Shown here: one piece after another, positions 36,808-50,300 of the stretch
Layout of the letters: every line of letters begins with the position of its first letter
Position numbering within the stretch: the stretch's first letter is position 1
Assembly (NCBI GenBank): GCA_030704615.1
Contig: CM060734.1
Coordinates: 62,062,001 to 62,126,000, forward strand
Length of the DNA stretch: 64,000 nucleotides
Source of the DNA: Takakia lepidozioides
Taxonomy: Eukaryota > Plantae > Bryophyta
Direction: 5' to 3'
Program-made: the position numbers and the translations under genes
The notes under the pieces: model-generated
The model's input: only the letters and a program-made list of their open reading frames with translations
Databases searched by the model: none
Told to the model about the DNA's origin: nothing

Positions 36808-39800
36808 AAAGCGTCAAATGAAGGTAGGATGGATGAACGAATGTTGGATGAAATTTGGATGGATGAATACAAACAATGCGAAGGATGGATGAATGGGCGT
36901 TGGATGAATATGAAATGGATGAATGTTAAGTGGATGATTATGTAATGAATGTGTTGTGGTTGAAAATGTGATGAGTGTGTGGGGTTGATAGAAAGGTTCA
37001 ACATGTATTCATGAATTTGAATGCTCTTCCAGTACAAGTGGAGAATCTATTATATTTTTCATTCTGTCGGAACAAGTCTGATGCAGTCCGATCAATTAAA
37101 ACTTGCATTATGAGCTCGAAAAAATCCATGAAAACTGCGAATGTCAATATGACTCCGAGTCACTACAATCTATCCCCGCCTCCTCTACATCCAAGTCCAA
37201 GAATTTCATAACTCCTGAACTACGATGTCTACGGCATCTATCAGACAGCAAGGGGTCAGGGGATGGAGCCTCAGACATGCGACGTGTCATTGCTTCGGCA
37301 TACAAGCACAAAACTGTGGAGGGGGCTGTCGTATGCAATCTCGCGGTCACTAATTTTCTTCACTGCTGAAGACCAATAGCTGCCTCTCCTGCATGCCACA
37401 AGAAGAAAAATGAAACTACTTATAAGATGAAGTCTGGGTATTCGATTGAACCCCAAAAAGGAATGAGAAGTCAATGGCAGACTTACTCACATGAAAAATC
37501 GTTGTCGATCTGCTTATCTTCTGGATCCTCATCATTCCGGATTTGAATGTTTTCAGTCTGTGTGCCAAACGTAGAGCCAGATAGAAAGGGGAGGAGCACA
37601 GTCTTGTATAGGTCAGAGTCATCCTCCATGCCAAAAAGGGTTCTTCCGCTTGCCTGCACACATGGTAAGTTGTTCTTGCACCAAACATGAGGACATGAAT
37701 AGGTTGGAGGGGAGGCATTTACGAAGATGAAACTGGTGAAAGAAAACGAAATCTAAAGGGAGAGAACGAACCTGTGGATACTGAGAGATTGACCACCCGT
37801 ACAGAATGGTGGTTGCATGACTCCAACAGTGTCTGCATGAACACTGGGGTTTTCTCTTTTGCACCTCTCCAAGGAGTGCCATCTGGTCTCTTGAAAATCT
37901 GACGGACTGCATGAAGTTGTACAAAATGTCATCGACATGCGGCTCATACGGGTGTTGATGAAACACCCCTGGTTAGAGCTCTCAAAATTGCGGACAGAGG
38001 ATGGTGTCTTTGAGGTGCGAATCCTCCGTAGGCAGATCGCCTCAAACATCCTCGTCTGGCAAAGACTGGAAGCTTGTAGATTGAACGAACAAAACGTAGG
38101 CATGCAACAAACTGATCTGTCACGTATTTGTGATGATCGGTGCCGATCATCACAGATTCTTCAAGAGTTACGTTGCAGAGATCACTGAAACGTAGCATGA
38201 AAGCACAGACAAGAAGGAGGCGTCATACCAATTGACCAGCTCAGTTTTTGCGTAACATGGCAATTTCTACAGTGGCCTCCCTACATGGTTTCACCCATAT
38301 TTGTCCAAAACTCAATTGATTATTTCATCTAAATTTATATGGTGTAGGGTTTCTAACTACAATAGGTATGTGTACCATTGTTAGATTGCAAAAACAATCA
38401 TGTATCATAGAGCCATGGACTTTTAAAGTTGATTACTGTGGACTACAGATGTTACACATAAAATCTTATGGACTGAAAAAACATCGTGTACACTCATACA
38501 ACGACACAAGGGAAAACACACTAGTGGTGCCATTTTTAAATCCAACCCAAATCCACTTTTATGTGGACTAATTATCTTAGGAATTGAGAACTATAGACTA
38601 TTTTGCACCTAATAACAAGTTGATTTGCTCTAGTCCATAGCATGTTATGTTTTGGGTTTTTGAGGTGTCTTCTTTTACTAAAAAGGCATACAAACCTATA
38701 ATCTAGAGGTACTAGATGGTATATGGACAAGTGGTTGTAAATTTTAGATTTTGATATCTAAATATTTTTTCAAATTAAAGATTAAAACATGTAGTAAAGA
38801 ATGTTTTCAATCTTTGAGGAAAGACTCTTTACTAAAAATGTTATATATACTATCTACTTTTTTTTGATAAACTGAAACCAATATATACATATTTTCCAAT
38901 TGACCTCCAATGGACTCAACATGTGCCGCTTTTGATCCACCCAATCCTGCAACTGCCCATATTCATAACAAAAATAGCTACACGACTGTAAGTTATGACT
39001 ACATCACTACATAATATATATTTGACGCCTCCAAATGAAGCGTAAGAGACCCTTGGTCTCTCTTAGCCCGAAGGGTTACTATCTTCCGCTAGGAAGGTGG
39101 ACACCTTTGTGAAACCAAGGGTGGATTGAACCCACAACACGTCCGAGGTGGTATGTGCCCATCACCACTGGGCTTGGTTGTCGACTCTCACCATATAATG
39201 CTTACAACTCGGGACATATCATGCTAAGCTGGCCAACTGTTGCAATAGAAGGAGGTGACATAAAAAGTAATAGACCTGAACGGCATAGGTGAAGCGGATG
39301 TTTTCTTCCAAAATATCCTGCCGGTATGACAAGGCCTTGGAGATGGCACAGGTAACAAGGTAGGTAGCTCTGAATCAGGCAATGGAGACAAAGACTATGG
39401 CCAGTTGAAGGTCAGTTTAGGAAGGTCCTAGGGCATAGAGTAACACTAAACTTGCTTACAGCATCGAGCAGGCCGTGGCAGTATCATCCCGCAGTCAAAA
39501 ATTGTTATTGGCAACATCATCACCGACTCAAGCATGCCACCATGTCATCATCATCTCCACATCTGCCCAAGACTAGATTGTGGTTTGTCTTGGAGTCTAT
39601 CAGTTGTTTGTACAAAAGCACCATCGTTGGCAGGTTCCCCCAATACCTTCACGACGCATGCAGCTTATAGCAATCAACCCTGAAGCTTCGATACAACCAG
39701 TAGTTACACTTATTCCTCAACATCTGGAAAATGATGCTATGAATGAAAGTGGAGAGACAATTTTCCAAATGTCATGTAACCTTATATGGAGATTTTCTGC

Positions 39801-40169
39801 CAGAACAAATAAATCAAATGTTTTTTTTTGTTGGAACTTCCTGAAAATGTATCCTAGTAGTGCATATGCACACATATGCACAATGAGCCCAATTCAAAGA
39901 AACGATAGGACGAATAACCCACACCTACATGTACATGTTACAAAATACAATTCATGATGGTATAATGTATCGATCGTACTGTTGGATGGATCAAACTTTA
40001 CTGCATGAACCACGTAGCAGTACTAGATATACACACTGGGCGTCACCCTCACACCCCAACTCAGTGGGGAAGCGATCATTGAAGATATGAATCCACAACC
40101 CAAGATAACAATCACTGAACAGGTAATGACGATCTCTTCTATAATCAGTAACAAAGGTAAGTAGTGGAA

Positions 40170-43100
40170 CCCACCCACTAGGGGATGCCCAAGTGCTGCC
40201 AGGTGTATGCGTATCTGATGTGGACGCCCTGTGAAGATTTGCACCTGCAAATGGTCATGAGCGTATCTTTTTAAAGCAGCCAGATAATCTTGCAGAACTG
40301 TCTGACTCAGAGCTATGCCAAACCAATATGAGATACACATCTATAAAAATCACTGGGGACACTCTGCAAGCAGGCTTTGTATTATTGTATGAATGTCATC
40401 ATATCAGAAGACATTAAGAGGAGAAATAACAGGAGACAACGGAAAAGGAGTTTGCAATTTACCATGCAGAGAGTCTCATGAGATGAGAAGAACCACATGC
40501 ATGAATGCGGACATGAGAATACCTCAACTAGACTTTGGTTATCAATTTTGTTCCGCCATAGAATAGTGACTTTGCTTCGAGATGGTTTCCCTCCAGCAGC
40601 TACAATCCACATCAAAATTTAAAAAAAAATCCTGTAACCGGCAAGTAATGCAGGTCCACTAAATATCATGCTTTGTTACACCAGTATTTTGTATTATATT
40701 GGACAAATGTGCTAAACCATCTGAATTTCCAATGCAGGTCCCACAACTTCAGCTAGTAGGCTATGCACAAGATTTCCCAAGGCACGTAAACTGAAGTATC
40801 CCTACAGACCAGTTGCTCACAAGTAACCCCAAATCAAGTTCACCTGATAACAGCTTTTGTGATATAATTAGGAAAATACCAGTTTCAGATGCCATATAAA
40901 GTCCACCAGCAACTCCTGAGTATGGCACCCTCCCTATCGGCTGGTCCACGGCAACCTACAAACAAATGGAATAACAACCAGTGAGAATTGACATGCAGCG
41001 GACAAAGACCTGCGTACACCATCTAAAACACTTGGCTATAGCCAAATGCTTTTGTGAGACAAAGCACATACTTCCTAACTTTCAAGAGTACTGCTGCTCT
41101 TTGGACCATTCATGTGTCAAACCATCTATATGTAGAGCGGCCAAAGAGGACTGCGCTGTTACAAAGATCTCCCAAAGTATGGACTGTGAGGTTGCTAGGT
41201 AGGCATAGTCAGGAACCAGACCTCATCAGCCAAGATAACACCGTTTGCCAGAGCTCGGTATGTTTTACTTATTCGTCGATTGGCCTCTGGGTTAACATCT
41301 AACCTCCTGCAACAAAATTGCATAAAGCATAAGAGTCCACAGAAATAATGAAAAATATAAGTTGATATGGTCCAATTCTAGTTCAGACTTCTGCTCCTGA
41401 GTTAGTTCTGGGTTAATCCAAAGCCTGGTACGCAGACTGCACCAGCAGGTCTCCAATTTTTCTTGGTGGCTGGGTTCCCAAACTTCTCCCCCCGCACTAT
41501 GCATAGACCCTGTCACCCTCATGTACTCCTCATGTGTTACTACTTGGTTCCAGTCATGGAAGTTGTCCTCAATTTCCACATTGTTATTGCCTAACTCACC
41601 ATTCCATGCTTTCTTATGCTTCCTGTATTATGGAAGAAGCCATAGTACGATGTGTCATGTCCCACACTAGACCAGTCTCAGTTCTACTCCACTGCAGCAA
41701 TTCAATGGATCAAGCTGGAAACAATGGCTAAAAACCTTTTGCCAGGTACCAAGGGCAAACTGATTTAAAGTTGAGGGTATGGGACAGAGTATTGGAAACT
41801 AGAGTCTATCAAGAAGACGTCAAACACTTGATGGAAACCAAACCTGCCCGTTGTGCTTGCAGATGTTCCAGAGGCAAAGTCAGCAGCCAGTTGAGACTTG
41901 GCAGCCGGTGATTTTGCGCAGAGAAGAACTCCTGCAAAGAGCCCACAACAATAAATTGGAGTACAAGAAGAACTTAGTACCTATGGGACAAAATCTCTTC
42001 ACCCTAGGGGACATGACTTTCCCACCTTGACACATCCGAACAAGTACTTGTAAGAAAGGATTTAGTCTTAACACATGAACCAAGTCCAACCAAGATGGTG
42101 GGGCCCACACCTGACGTGCCTCTTCCAAGCCGGTGGACTGGACAGGGTTTCCACAGGTCTTTCGATGGATGTAAGGTTGCAAGATCGTGATTGTCCTTCA
42201 CTTGAGCAGCAGTCCGCCACTGTAACTGTGTGAGGACAGTCCTCTGCTGAAACAGACCCCAGGCAGCACCTGGAGGCCTGATGGTTTGTTGACTGCTACC
42301 TGCCTCACACAGAGAGTAGGAATGGGTGCGCCCCAAATGGGAGAAAAAGACAATGGCATTCCCAGACACTGCAGGTTTACATTGACAACCATGTACAGAT
42401 AAGACCTAAACAAACAAGTATCCTACAACAAAGACAGGAGTACAAATAAGAGATGGTAGAATAGGACACAAAGGTGCAGCCCTTACTAAGTGTTCATCTT
42501 CATAGAGCACATGGAGCCGAAATGGAACATCGGGCTCCCTCCATGGAAGCCGGTGGTATACCAAACAAGCCCCAGTCCTGACACACAGGGTGCAAGTTCA
42601 GCACAAACTCATCTGGTTGTGAATCATCATCGTGAAAATTCATGAAGGTGAGAAGTGTGGCAAAAGAGGAGTTCCAAGAACCTGGGAACGAAATTTGAGG
42701 CAGTTGTCACCTTTCCGTCCACCCCTATCTGCTTTCCAAATTGGTGATCGAGTCATTATAACAACTCGCAATTCCAGCAAAAGACCGAGCAAGACGGTAT
42801 GTCCAGTACAAAACACCAAACTGGGATGAAGGACGCTAAAACTGCACCTGGCCTTTGCGTATTCTCTGCAGCCAGCTATTGTCACCCACACCTCATTATC
42901 AGCTCTCTGTTACATTCTCACCATGGAAGAAAGAATCATCTTTGGAACCGATACAACAAAGATTCTTGTCTTGCATCAAAGGACCTACATGGGCAGTACC
43001 TCATATTCCTCCACATTCTCAGAGTAAAGAGTGGAGTGATTGCCCATCCCACTGCGCTTGCAATTCACTACAATACAGCTTCTGCTATCAGCAAATTGCA

Positions 43101-43561
43101 ATACGAGGAGGAATTCTCCCCTTGTATCGTACGCTTTCGCCATTGCAAGTAACGAATTAAACCTCAGCTTTTAAAGACTTTACATACCCTTGCTTAGATG
43201 CTGAGTTACACCTCGACGAGTAGTACTCCAGCAGACTCTGAGCTGCAAACGCAAACGCAGTGCCAGCATTTGAACAAAGATTCGATGATGGTAAATCGGC
43301 AACAAATTGTATGAATCTCAACAGGTTTATATCTGGCTGTGCATATGTAAATCACCACAGAAACCCGCAAATTTCCGCTGTTCTAGGAAGCCCACAACCA
43401 CAGTGTTCTGACATGGTTGCTTGAACAAAATAGGATGTAATATGAAGGACGGCAGAGGATGGCAGGACTTTACGAGGGGAAGAGTTGCGGACGGTGTCAG
43501 AGTAGAGCAGCCCATCATTGAGATCTGCCCACGGCCGCCCAAACCAAGCCGACTGCTCCAT
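40170..43561 (-). pseudogene. RluA-family RNA pseudouridine synthase (plant PUS5-like), multi-exon; two apparent 1-bp deletions, 3' exons not resolved
   Basis: Exons WADLNDGLLYSDTV, WLQRIRKGQ, YHRLPWREPDVP..LYEDEHL, VAVNKPSGLQVLP, PVHRLGRGTSG, QPIGRVPYSGVAGGLY, GKPSRSKV, VQIFTGRPHQIRIHLAALGHPLVG. Confidence 0.8.
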
Positions 43562-44318
43562 GTGTGTGGTGCGTGAAGGTTCGGAGCCTCGTTCACGTCA
43601 AATCAACACAATGCGAAATCACAAGTGAGAAACCTCCTGCAACACAACCGAGTGGATGGCTCGCTGTGCTGGGTTTCCTTCTTCTTCTGACGAACCAGAG
43701 CGTCGGCTTCAAGTTGGCTTCATAGACGCACCAACTCTCTAAAAATAAACTTTCTACTGAAGTTTCTCTTAAAATGCTTTCATAGTAGATTTGAAATTGG
43801 ACACATCAGAGAGGTCAATGGCAGTAAGAAGGAGAAGATCACACCTCGTAGAGAAGAGGTTTTTTATAGAAAAGAGTTGGTGGTATGCAATGCAGTCCCT
43901 TGAGGTGCGAGTGCATTACCACACTCGCTCTTTCAGGGACTGCCTTATTACCAGGGGATATGGTGGCGGGTCTCTCTCTCACTCTCTCTCTCTCAAACTC
44001 TCAAATTGAAAATGTCAGTGAAGTAAAATCAGTCACATGCATTCATATGAGAGCCCATCTGAGGAGAATCCATAACACCAATGGCTTGTGCTGCAATGTT
44101 ATATCATCACAACCAACACATAGCTTGCCATACTACAGATTGGCTGAGATATACCACCACATGATTGTAGCCCTGTGCTGCAACCTTCCGTCACACTTTG
44201 GATGGTCAGCCATGGCATGATATTTTCAGCAAACTCATAGAACAATTATGCTTGGGCTGACCTCCTTTAAGCTTGAGGTGCAAAATTCATCTAATGAAAA
44301 ATTACAGTAATAGCAACT

Positions 44319-47300
44319 TCACAATTGACCCATGCTGAGTTTGCTAAGTACATCGGACATGTCTTCAATATATCCATTTCCCGTAACAGATTGAGTTCTT
44401 GCTGTCTCCTTGCTGGAGGATGGAGAATCGCTCAAAAGGTTCCAAGTTGGCTCATCAGATGATGGCAAATATGAGCTTCTGACCTGCTGACCAGTTCTAT
44501 TTGATCCATGATATCCACTGTTGCTGAGGAGGGGGCCACAGCTGGGTTTTATGATGTTGGAGCTGAGTGTCTTTGGCTTAGACAGAGCTGAGCCTGACAT
44601 TGTGTTCACCACAGAGTTAGGGGATGATAGATCGACCAGCGGAGTTGGAGCAGAGGGCCTTGACTTCATGTGGACTCCGGTGTTCTCTTTGCTGGCAGCA
44701 CGAAGTTCCTCCTGAATGAGCTCCGCCCTTAGCTTCTCAATCTTCTTCTTTATATTGGCACCACCATCAGGAAGTTTGGCAACAGTAACCTGCAAAGGGA
44801 AGAATATCAGTTAGGAGCATGAATGTTCATTCCAATGCTCACCTTATATTTGGCAGAAATAGCGTTTAGAATTCCACAATGCAAAATAACCATTCTACTC
44901 CAACGAGATTTTTTTTGAAATGCGCAACTGTATAGCTTTACAAAAACTAGATTACTACTGAATTCATCGAACTATATCAACTGTCAATGGCACTTGGAAG
45001 TTGGCATTACCTACAACTAGCTAGCTGGAAATCCAAACTGGGGGGGTTGTTGCTAAAGGGATATAGCAGTTCATGGGAACTCATGGCCATGAAGGTACCT
45101 CCTCGGTCATAATTGCAGAGCATAGCAGATTTGGTACATTTCGTGATATCTTAGCCTCAGTGAAGTCAAATTGCTTTATCGAGGTATAGGGTGTAGTCTA
45201 GGATACCGTATCATCAAGAGTCTTCACAAGACGCTCAATTTGGCTTCGCAAATGCAGCACTTTAAGCCACACATTATCACGAGTGCTTGAGGCTTGCAAG
45301 TCTGCAGTGGCAGCTGCCAAAACGCCCCCTCTTCTGATACAAACCATAACCCAATAATGAGGATACTAGGTTGCATCAAACTGAGAAACTTGATAACAAC
45401 ATTATCCCACTATCAGAAACATAGGAATATTTCTGTGCCAAAAAAGCAGAATTTTGAAGCACACACAAAAGAAAAGACCAAGCCAAACATGCCTGGCAGC
45501 GGGTATGCTCATCCTAGCAGTATTCACACTCCAATGCTCTTCCTTGAATTGTTGTCCAGTGTATGCTGGATTCCTATGGACAGGAAAGTGCATCATGTTA
45601 GATTCATTGTGCCTTGCTGGAGCATTCCAGTTTGTTTGATTCAAAGTCGCCAGCCAGTGGTTCATTAGTAGCCGAAGACAGCTTCATATAAAGTTCATGC
45701 TACACAAAACACCACAAATGCTAGGTCAATGTGTATCATACTTTTAGACACTGTAGAAAATTGAAGACATTACCTGACACCCATCCATGCTTCAAAGTGC
45801 CACACATTGTGAAAAAACTCCCACAAAAGGTCTTAGATTTGTTGACCGGCTTTTGTTCTTTCTCATGAATAGAAATGGATGAAATGAAATGATTCTTAAA
45901 ACGTCTGTGGAAAGCTCAAAGAGCCTAGGGACAAAGCCCAAGGCTTCCTACAACCTCCGGACCATCTTGTCAAACAGGAAATGAAATGAAATGAAATGGT
46001 GCTTTATAACGTCCACGGAAAGCTCATAGAACTTATGGGACAAAATGCAAGAAAACATGAGAGGAGCAAATCCAGAAACCAAGCATAACAATTAATGTTC
46101 TAGCGATTGTCTAAGGGTGAAGGCCTCGTGCAGGTAGGCTGCCAAGGAAGGAAGGAAGGAAGCTTATTACATCCACAGGAAGCTTAAAGAACTTATGGGA
46201 CAAGGAAAAGAGAAAAGAGAAAAGAGAACAGAAAAGTTGGGCCTCCAACAACCAGCAACCACAATTAAATTTACTTCTACCATGCCCCTCCCCACAGTAA
46301 GGTGTGGAGTTACAGATACAAGCATTGGCACCTTCGGAATATTTGAACACCGGTGCCTTTTCTATGTCCATGGACAAAAACCTCGATCAGGAGTACGCTT
46401 CTTACTTCTTGCTGAACCATCAGTCTTTGGATACTGTAGCAATCTATAGGATTTGTGCACAATCATGTGTGTCTCAAAGGGAAATTGTATTGCACCATGC
46501 AAAACAATCTCCATTTGTCACAGATGTTACTGGTTATGATATTGCTGTTTGTAGTTCACATAATTTTGCACCGTGTGAAGTACATACCTGCTGTCCAATT
46601 CAGATTGAACAAAAAAACACTCTATAAGCTTCTTCGTATATGGAGCTATATTAATGCCTGCATTCTGCCCAATGGCAGACTAATGAATTGACTTTAATTG
46701 CATTTAGGGTCCACATGAGCCAGGCAGAAGGAGGTCATGTAAATAAAAGCTAGATGGTGTGCGATTTCATTTCGAGGCACTTGGATCCCAAATCAATTCA
46801 TCGACAAATTTAAAAAGCATCAGGCCCCTTGGAGTTGTACGACACCAAGCCAAAACAAAGCCACTGGTCGCCAGAGGAATTTTCATCAGAGGGGAGCAAG
46901 TTGTGAACTTCAACGTGGGAACGCTAATGGGATGGATGTTTGTGGGACATTACTCCCGGGTTTGATGGTGGTGTTTGCTTGTACCTTGGCTCCCAGGTAA
47001 CAGCAACATCTTGCTCATCAAGACCAGGGGGCGGCAACGGTTCTGCTGCTTTGGAAAAGAGAAGATCATGATGGCTCACACCCGCAATCCCCCGACTCTC
47101 CAAAAAATGAATGTGCTCCTCCAACCCTTCATCACTGCACAAAATCAACATTGGCTCCAGAATGTTGGACAGTCTCTGATCCCAGAGCCAAACTGCCAAC
47201 TCATAGATTCAGTCAAGATTCAACTCAGCAAGTATGAATAAAACAGTAGCTAATGAAAAGCTTACAAAGCTTACATCTGGTGTTGACTGGCGTGCTCTTT

Positions 47301-50300
47301 GTGCAGCTGTGCTGTGTCAGAGACACATCAAAACCGTGTCTTTGGGACAGTGAACAATTCTCTCAAATCCTGCACCCAGTTCAGTAAAAGGTTACTGTTT
47401 AACTCGTCCTCCTCTCACTGGTTGCTATCCTAAGCACCAAAGGTGATTCCAGTTTGAGTTTCCATACCCTGGTAGTAGACACATCCAGGAGATTCATATC
47501 CTGTCAGGACTAACCTCGAGGGTATGTCATAAGCAACATTTCAAGGGAATGGACAAAAAGTACCTATGCATGCCACCTAAGAGAGAAGCACAATTGTGGG
47601 ACCTGCTGTGAAAAGTAGCGCATCTGTCTTTATTTTCTGTTGCCACCTTCATCAAGGCCTCCCTTTGAAAACCTGCCCTCAGCCCACACACATCATTCAG
47701 AGATTGTCTACAAACACTTGGCATGCCATTAGGCAATTAGTACAGAAGTCAAAGTTTTGATGTAGCAGGGTCTTCCAAGTTACTTCTGAATCAGAAGCAG
47801 TATTCTGAGAGCAGGTCAAAGAAATGGTGTCATACCTGCTTGCGGTAGATTTTCTCTTCATCGTACCACATGTCATGAGGCGATACACCACCACATCCTT
47901 CATTTGCCCAATTCGATATGCCCGATCCACACTTTGATTGTCAGTGCTGAATAACCGCCCCAAAAAGGAATTAGAAGCTTCACTGACCAAGAACTAAAGG
48001 GAAATGAAATGAAATGGTGCTTTATAACGTCCGCGGAAAGCTCATAGAGCTTATGGGACAAAATGAACAAGAACTAAAGGGAATCAGACAAAAACGCAGT
48101 ATTAGAACCAGGCCTAAGTCACTGAGAGAAAGGATTAAGAAACAGTAAGGTGACTGTTCCTTCAGCGCTTGCCTGCTCGTCTTCCAAATGGAGGAGTGGC
48201 CAGGGCTTCTAACCTTAAAGGGCAGCTGCTGTAGGTTAAGACTTAGGGAAAACCCTAAGGAGTCAGTCTGTTTTCAGATTTCAGTTCTATTCTGGGGGAA
48301 AAATTCTGAACAGAATACAGGATCAGGCAAGTGAAGTTACAAAGAACCACATTCAAGGAAAAAGAGAGGAATGAAATGAAATGGTACTAGAAAGAGTGAT
48401 TGCCTTGGATTCCAAGCAGGATCAATGATGACAACTCTGTCTGCCCCAGTCAATGTAAGCCCTAGACCCCCAACTTGTGATGTCAACAAAAATAGGGAGA
48501 TTCGGTAGTTTGCTTGAAAATCCTGTCAACAGCAATAATGGATGCTATATCAATCTCCAGAAAGTCAAATCACGTAAGTGAGGTTGCCAGAGATATTGTG
48601 TCATGAAGATGAAATCAGGAGGCATGTTGAAGCATATTACAACCATCTAATTTCTGGTGACAATATAGCAAGTATGTTGTGAGACTCACTTGGACATGTT
48701 GCTGCCTTTCAACAGCCTTGATTGTCCCATCTATGCGACGGAAACACCACCCTCTGTCCAAAATCTCGTCCTACAGCACGGTATAAATGACTGCATGTTA
48801 GCACTGATAGAAACATAATAATTGGCGCCACGGCAACCAAGAACTTGAATGAGTGCAAACTAGAGCAATACTTAGGAGCTGATAGGAGCTGATATGGAGT
48901 AGCAGAGGTCAATAAGAAAGGACCTGGATGATATTAAGCATCTTGCGAGTCTGGGCAAATATGAGAGTGCGGTGGCCCTCATCAACCAGGTTTTCCTGCA
49001 CTTGACCACTTTTGTGTAAGCAGCAGTCTTGTTTGAATGGGACTCTATTGTAGGATACATGATTTCCACAAAAACCAGAGAAAGTCTACACCAGAATTGA
49101 TTAGCTGCATTGTTACGCTACGGATACCCTGGTTCATTAATTAGTGGACCTTGGAGTAGGATGGAAGAATTCACCAGCAATGCCATGAGGAAGACAATCT
49201 TACAGGATGGAGCACCCTGTACCCCCTTGTCGTACCCCATCGCTGTCAGTGAAGCTGTCATTGCTGCAGCAGCATCAACATCAACACTGTCGAGAATACC
49301 TTCCATGCCTTCAGCTATGTCATCGGCTGCCTTCTTCGTGAGCAGAGATGGATGATCACATATTTTCTTCATAACCTGATATCCAACAGGCCCCAAGTGA
49401 GTCATGCTGTTGGCATGTCTATAACTGTGAGCAGCTCACCCACAGACTAGCTGTACAACTATGAATACTTCCAAACACATTTCGCGCAAATTGTGTGTGC
49501 AAACTTGAAGACTAGGAGCAGAGCCATGGTAGTAATAATCAACTACAAGATGTAGCACCCCAAATAGAAAACTAATAATCCATAGTGCAGCAGGTGTCAC
49601 ATTACTTTAGGTCTCAGTCTAGAGCATTCTATTCCCGAAAGTAAGTCACATGAAATAGCAATTGAATAATGGTTTGTGAATTTTGACTATTACTTAATTA
49701 AATGAAGCGACAAAATGGTTGTACTTCACTTCTACCTTCATACTAAATACTACTTGAGGAAGATCCTTTACACACCGTCAGGGCTGCCAAGGCTGAGCTA
49801 TCACCCCTCCATGACGGCTCAGCTGCCTCACTATTGAGGAAAGCTTTGTAGATTTTTTGCTGTAAAAATCACACAAAGCAAAGTGCACAGAACCCCAAGT
49901 AAAGGCTTAGTTTCATCTATTTGAAAATTAAGGCTCCAATTTCACAACACATTACATTTTTTGGTATACATTGTGAAAACATTATATGCACGACAGCACC
50001 CACTGCAACAGAGGCACAGAAGAAAAACTTGCATGGCCAGACTGACTGTACTATGTGAACACCACTACACTGAATCTGAAGCCCCAGAGTGCATCCCCAA
50101 CCCTGGGACCATCAATGCTGTGTACCTGAAACTCAGAAAGGCGAAGCCAGACTATGAGATCATTCTTCCTGGAGAGTTTCCGGTCAGCCTTGTCCCCGCA
50201 ATCTGGAAAGACTTCACTCTTCAAGCGCCGCAAAAAGAAAGGCGCAAATCGCTGTCTCAGCTCCTGCACTTTCAAAAATTTAAAGAGTTAAAACTCCATT

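Noticed and set aside
37000-38230. Cluster of short ORFs
   Set aside because: May be a decayed TE gene, but no recognisable motif.
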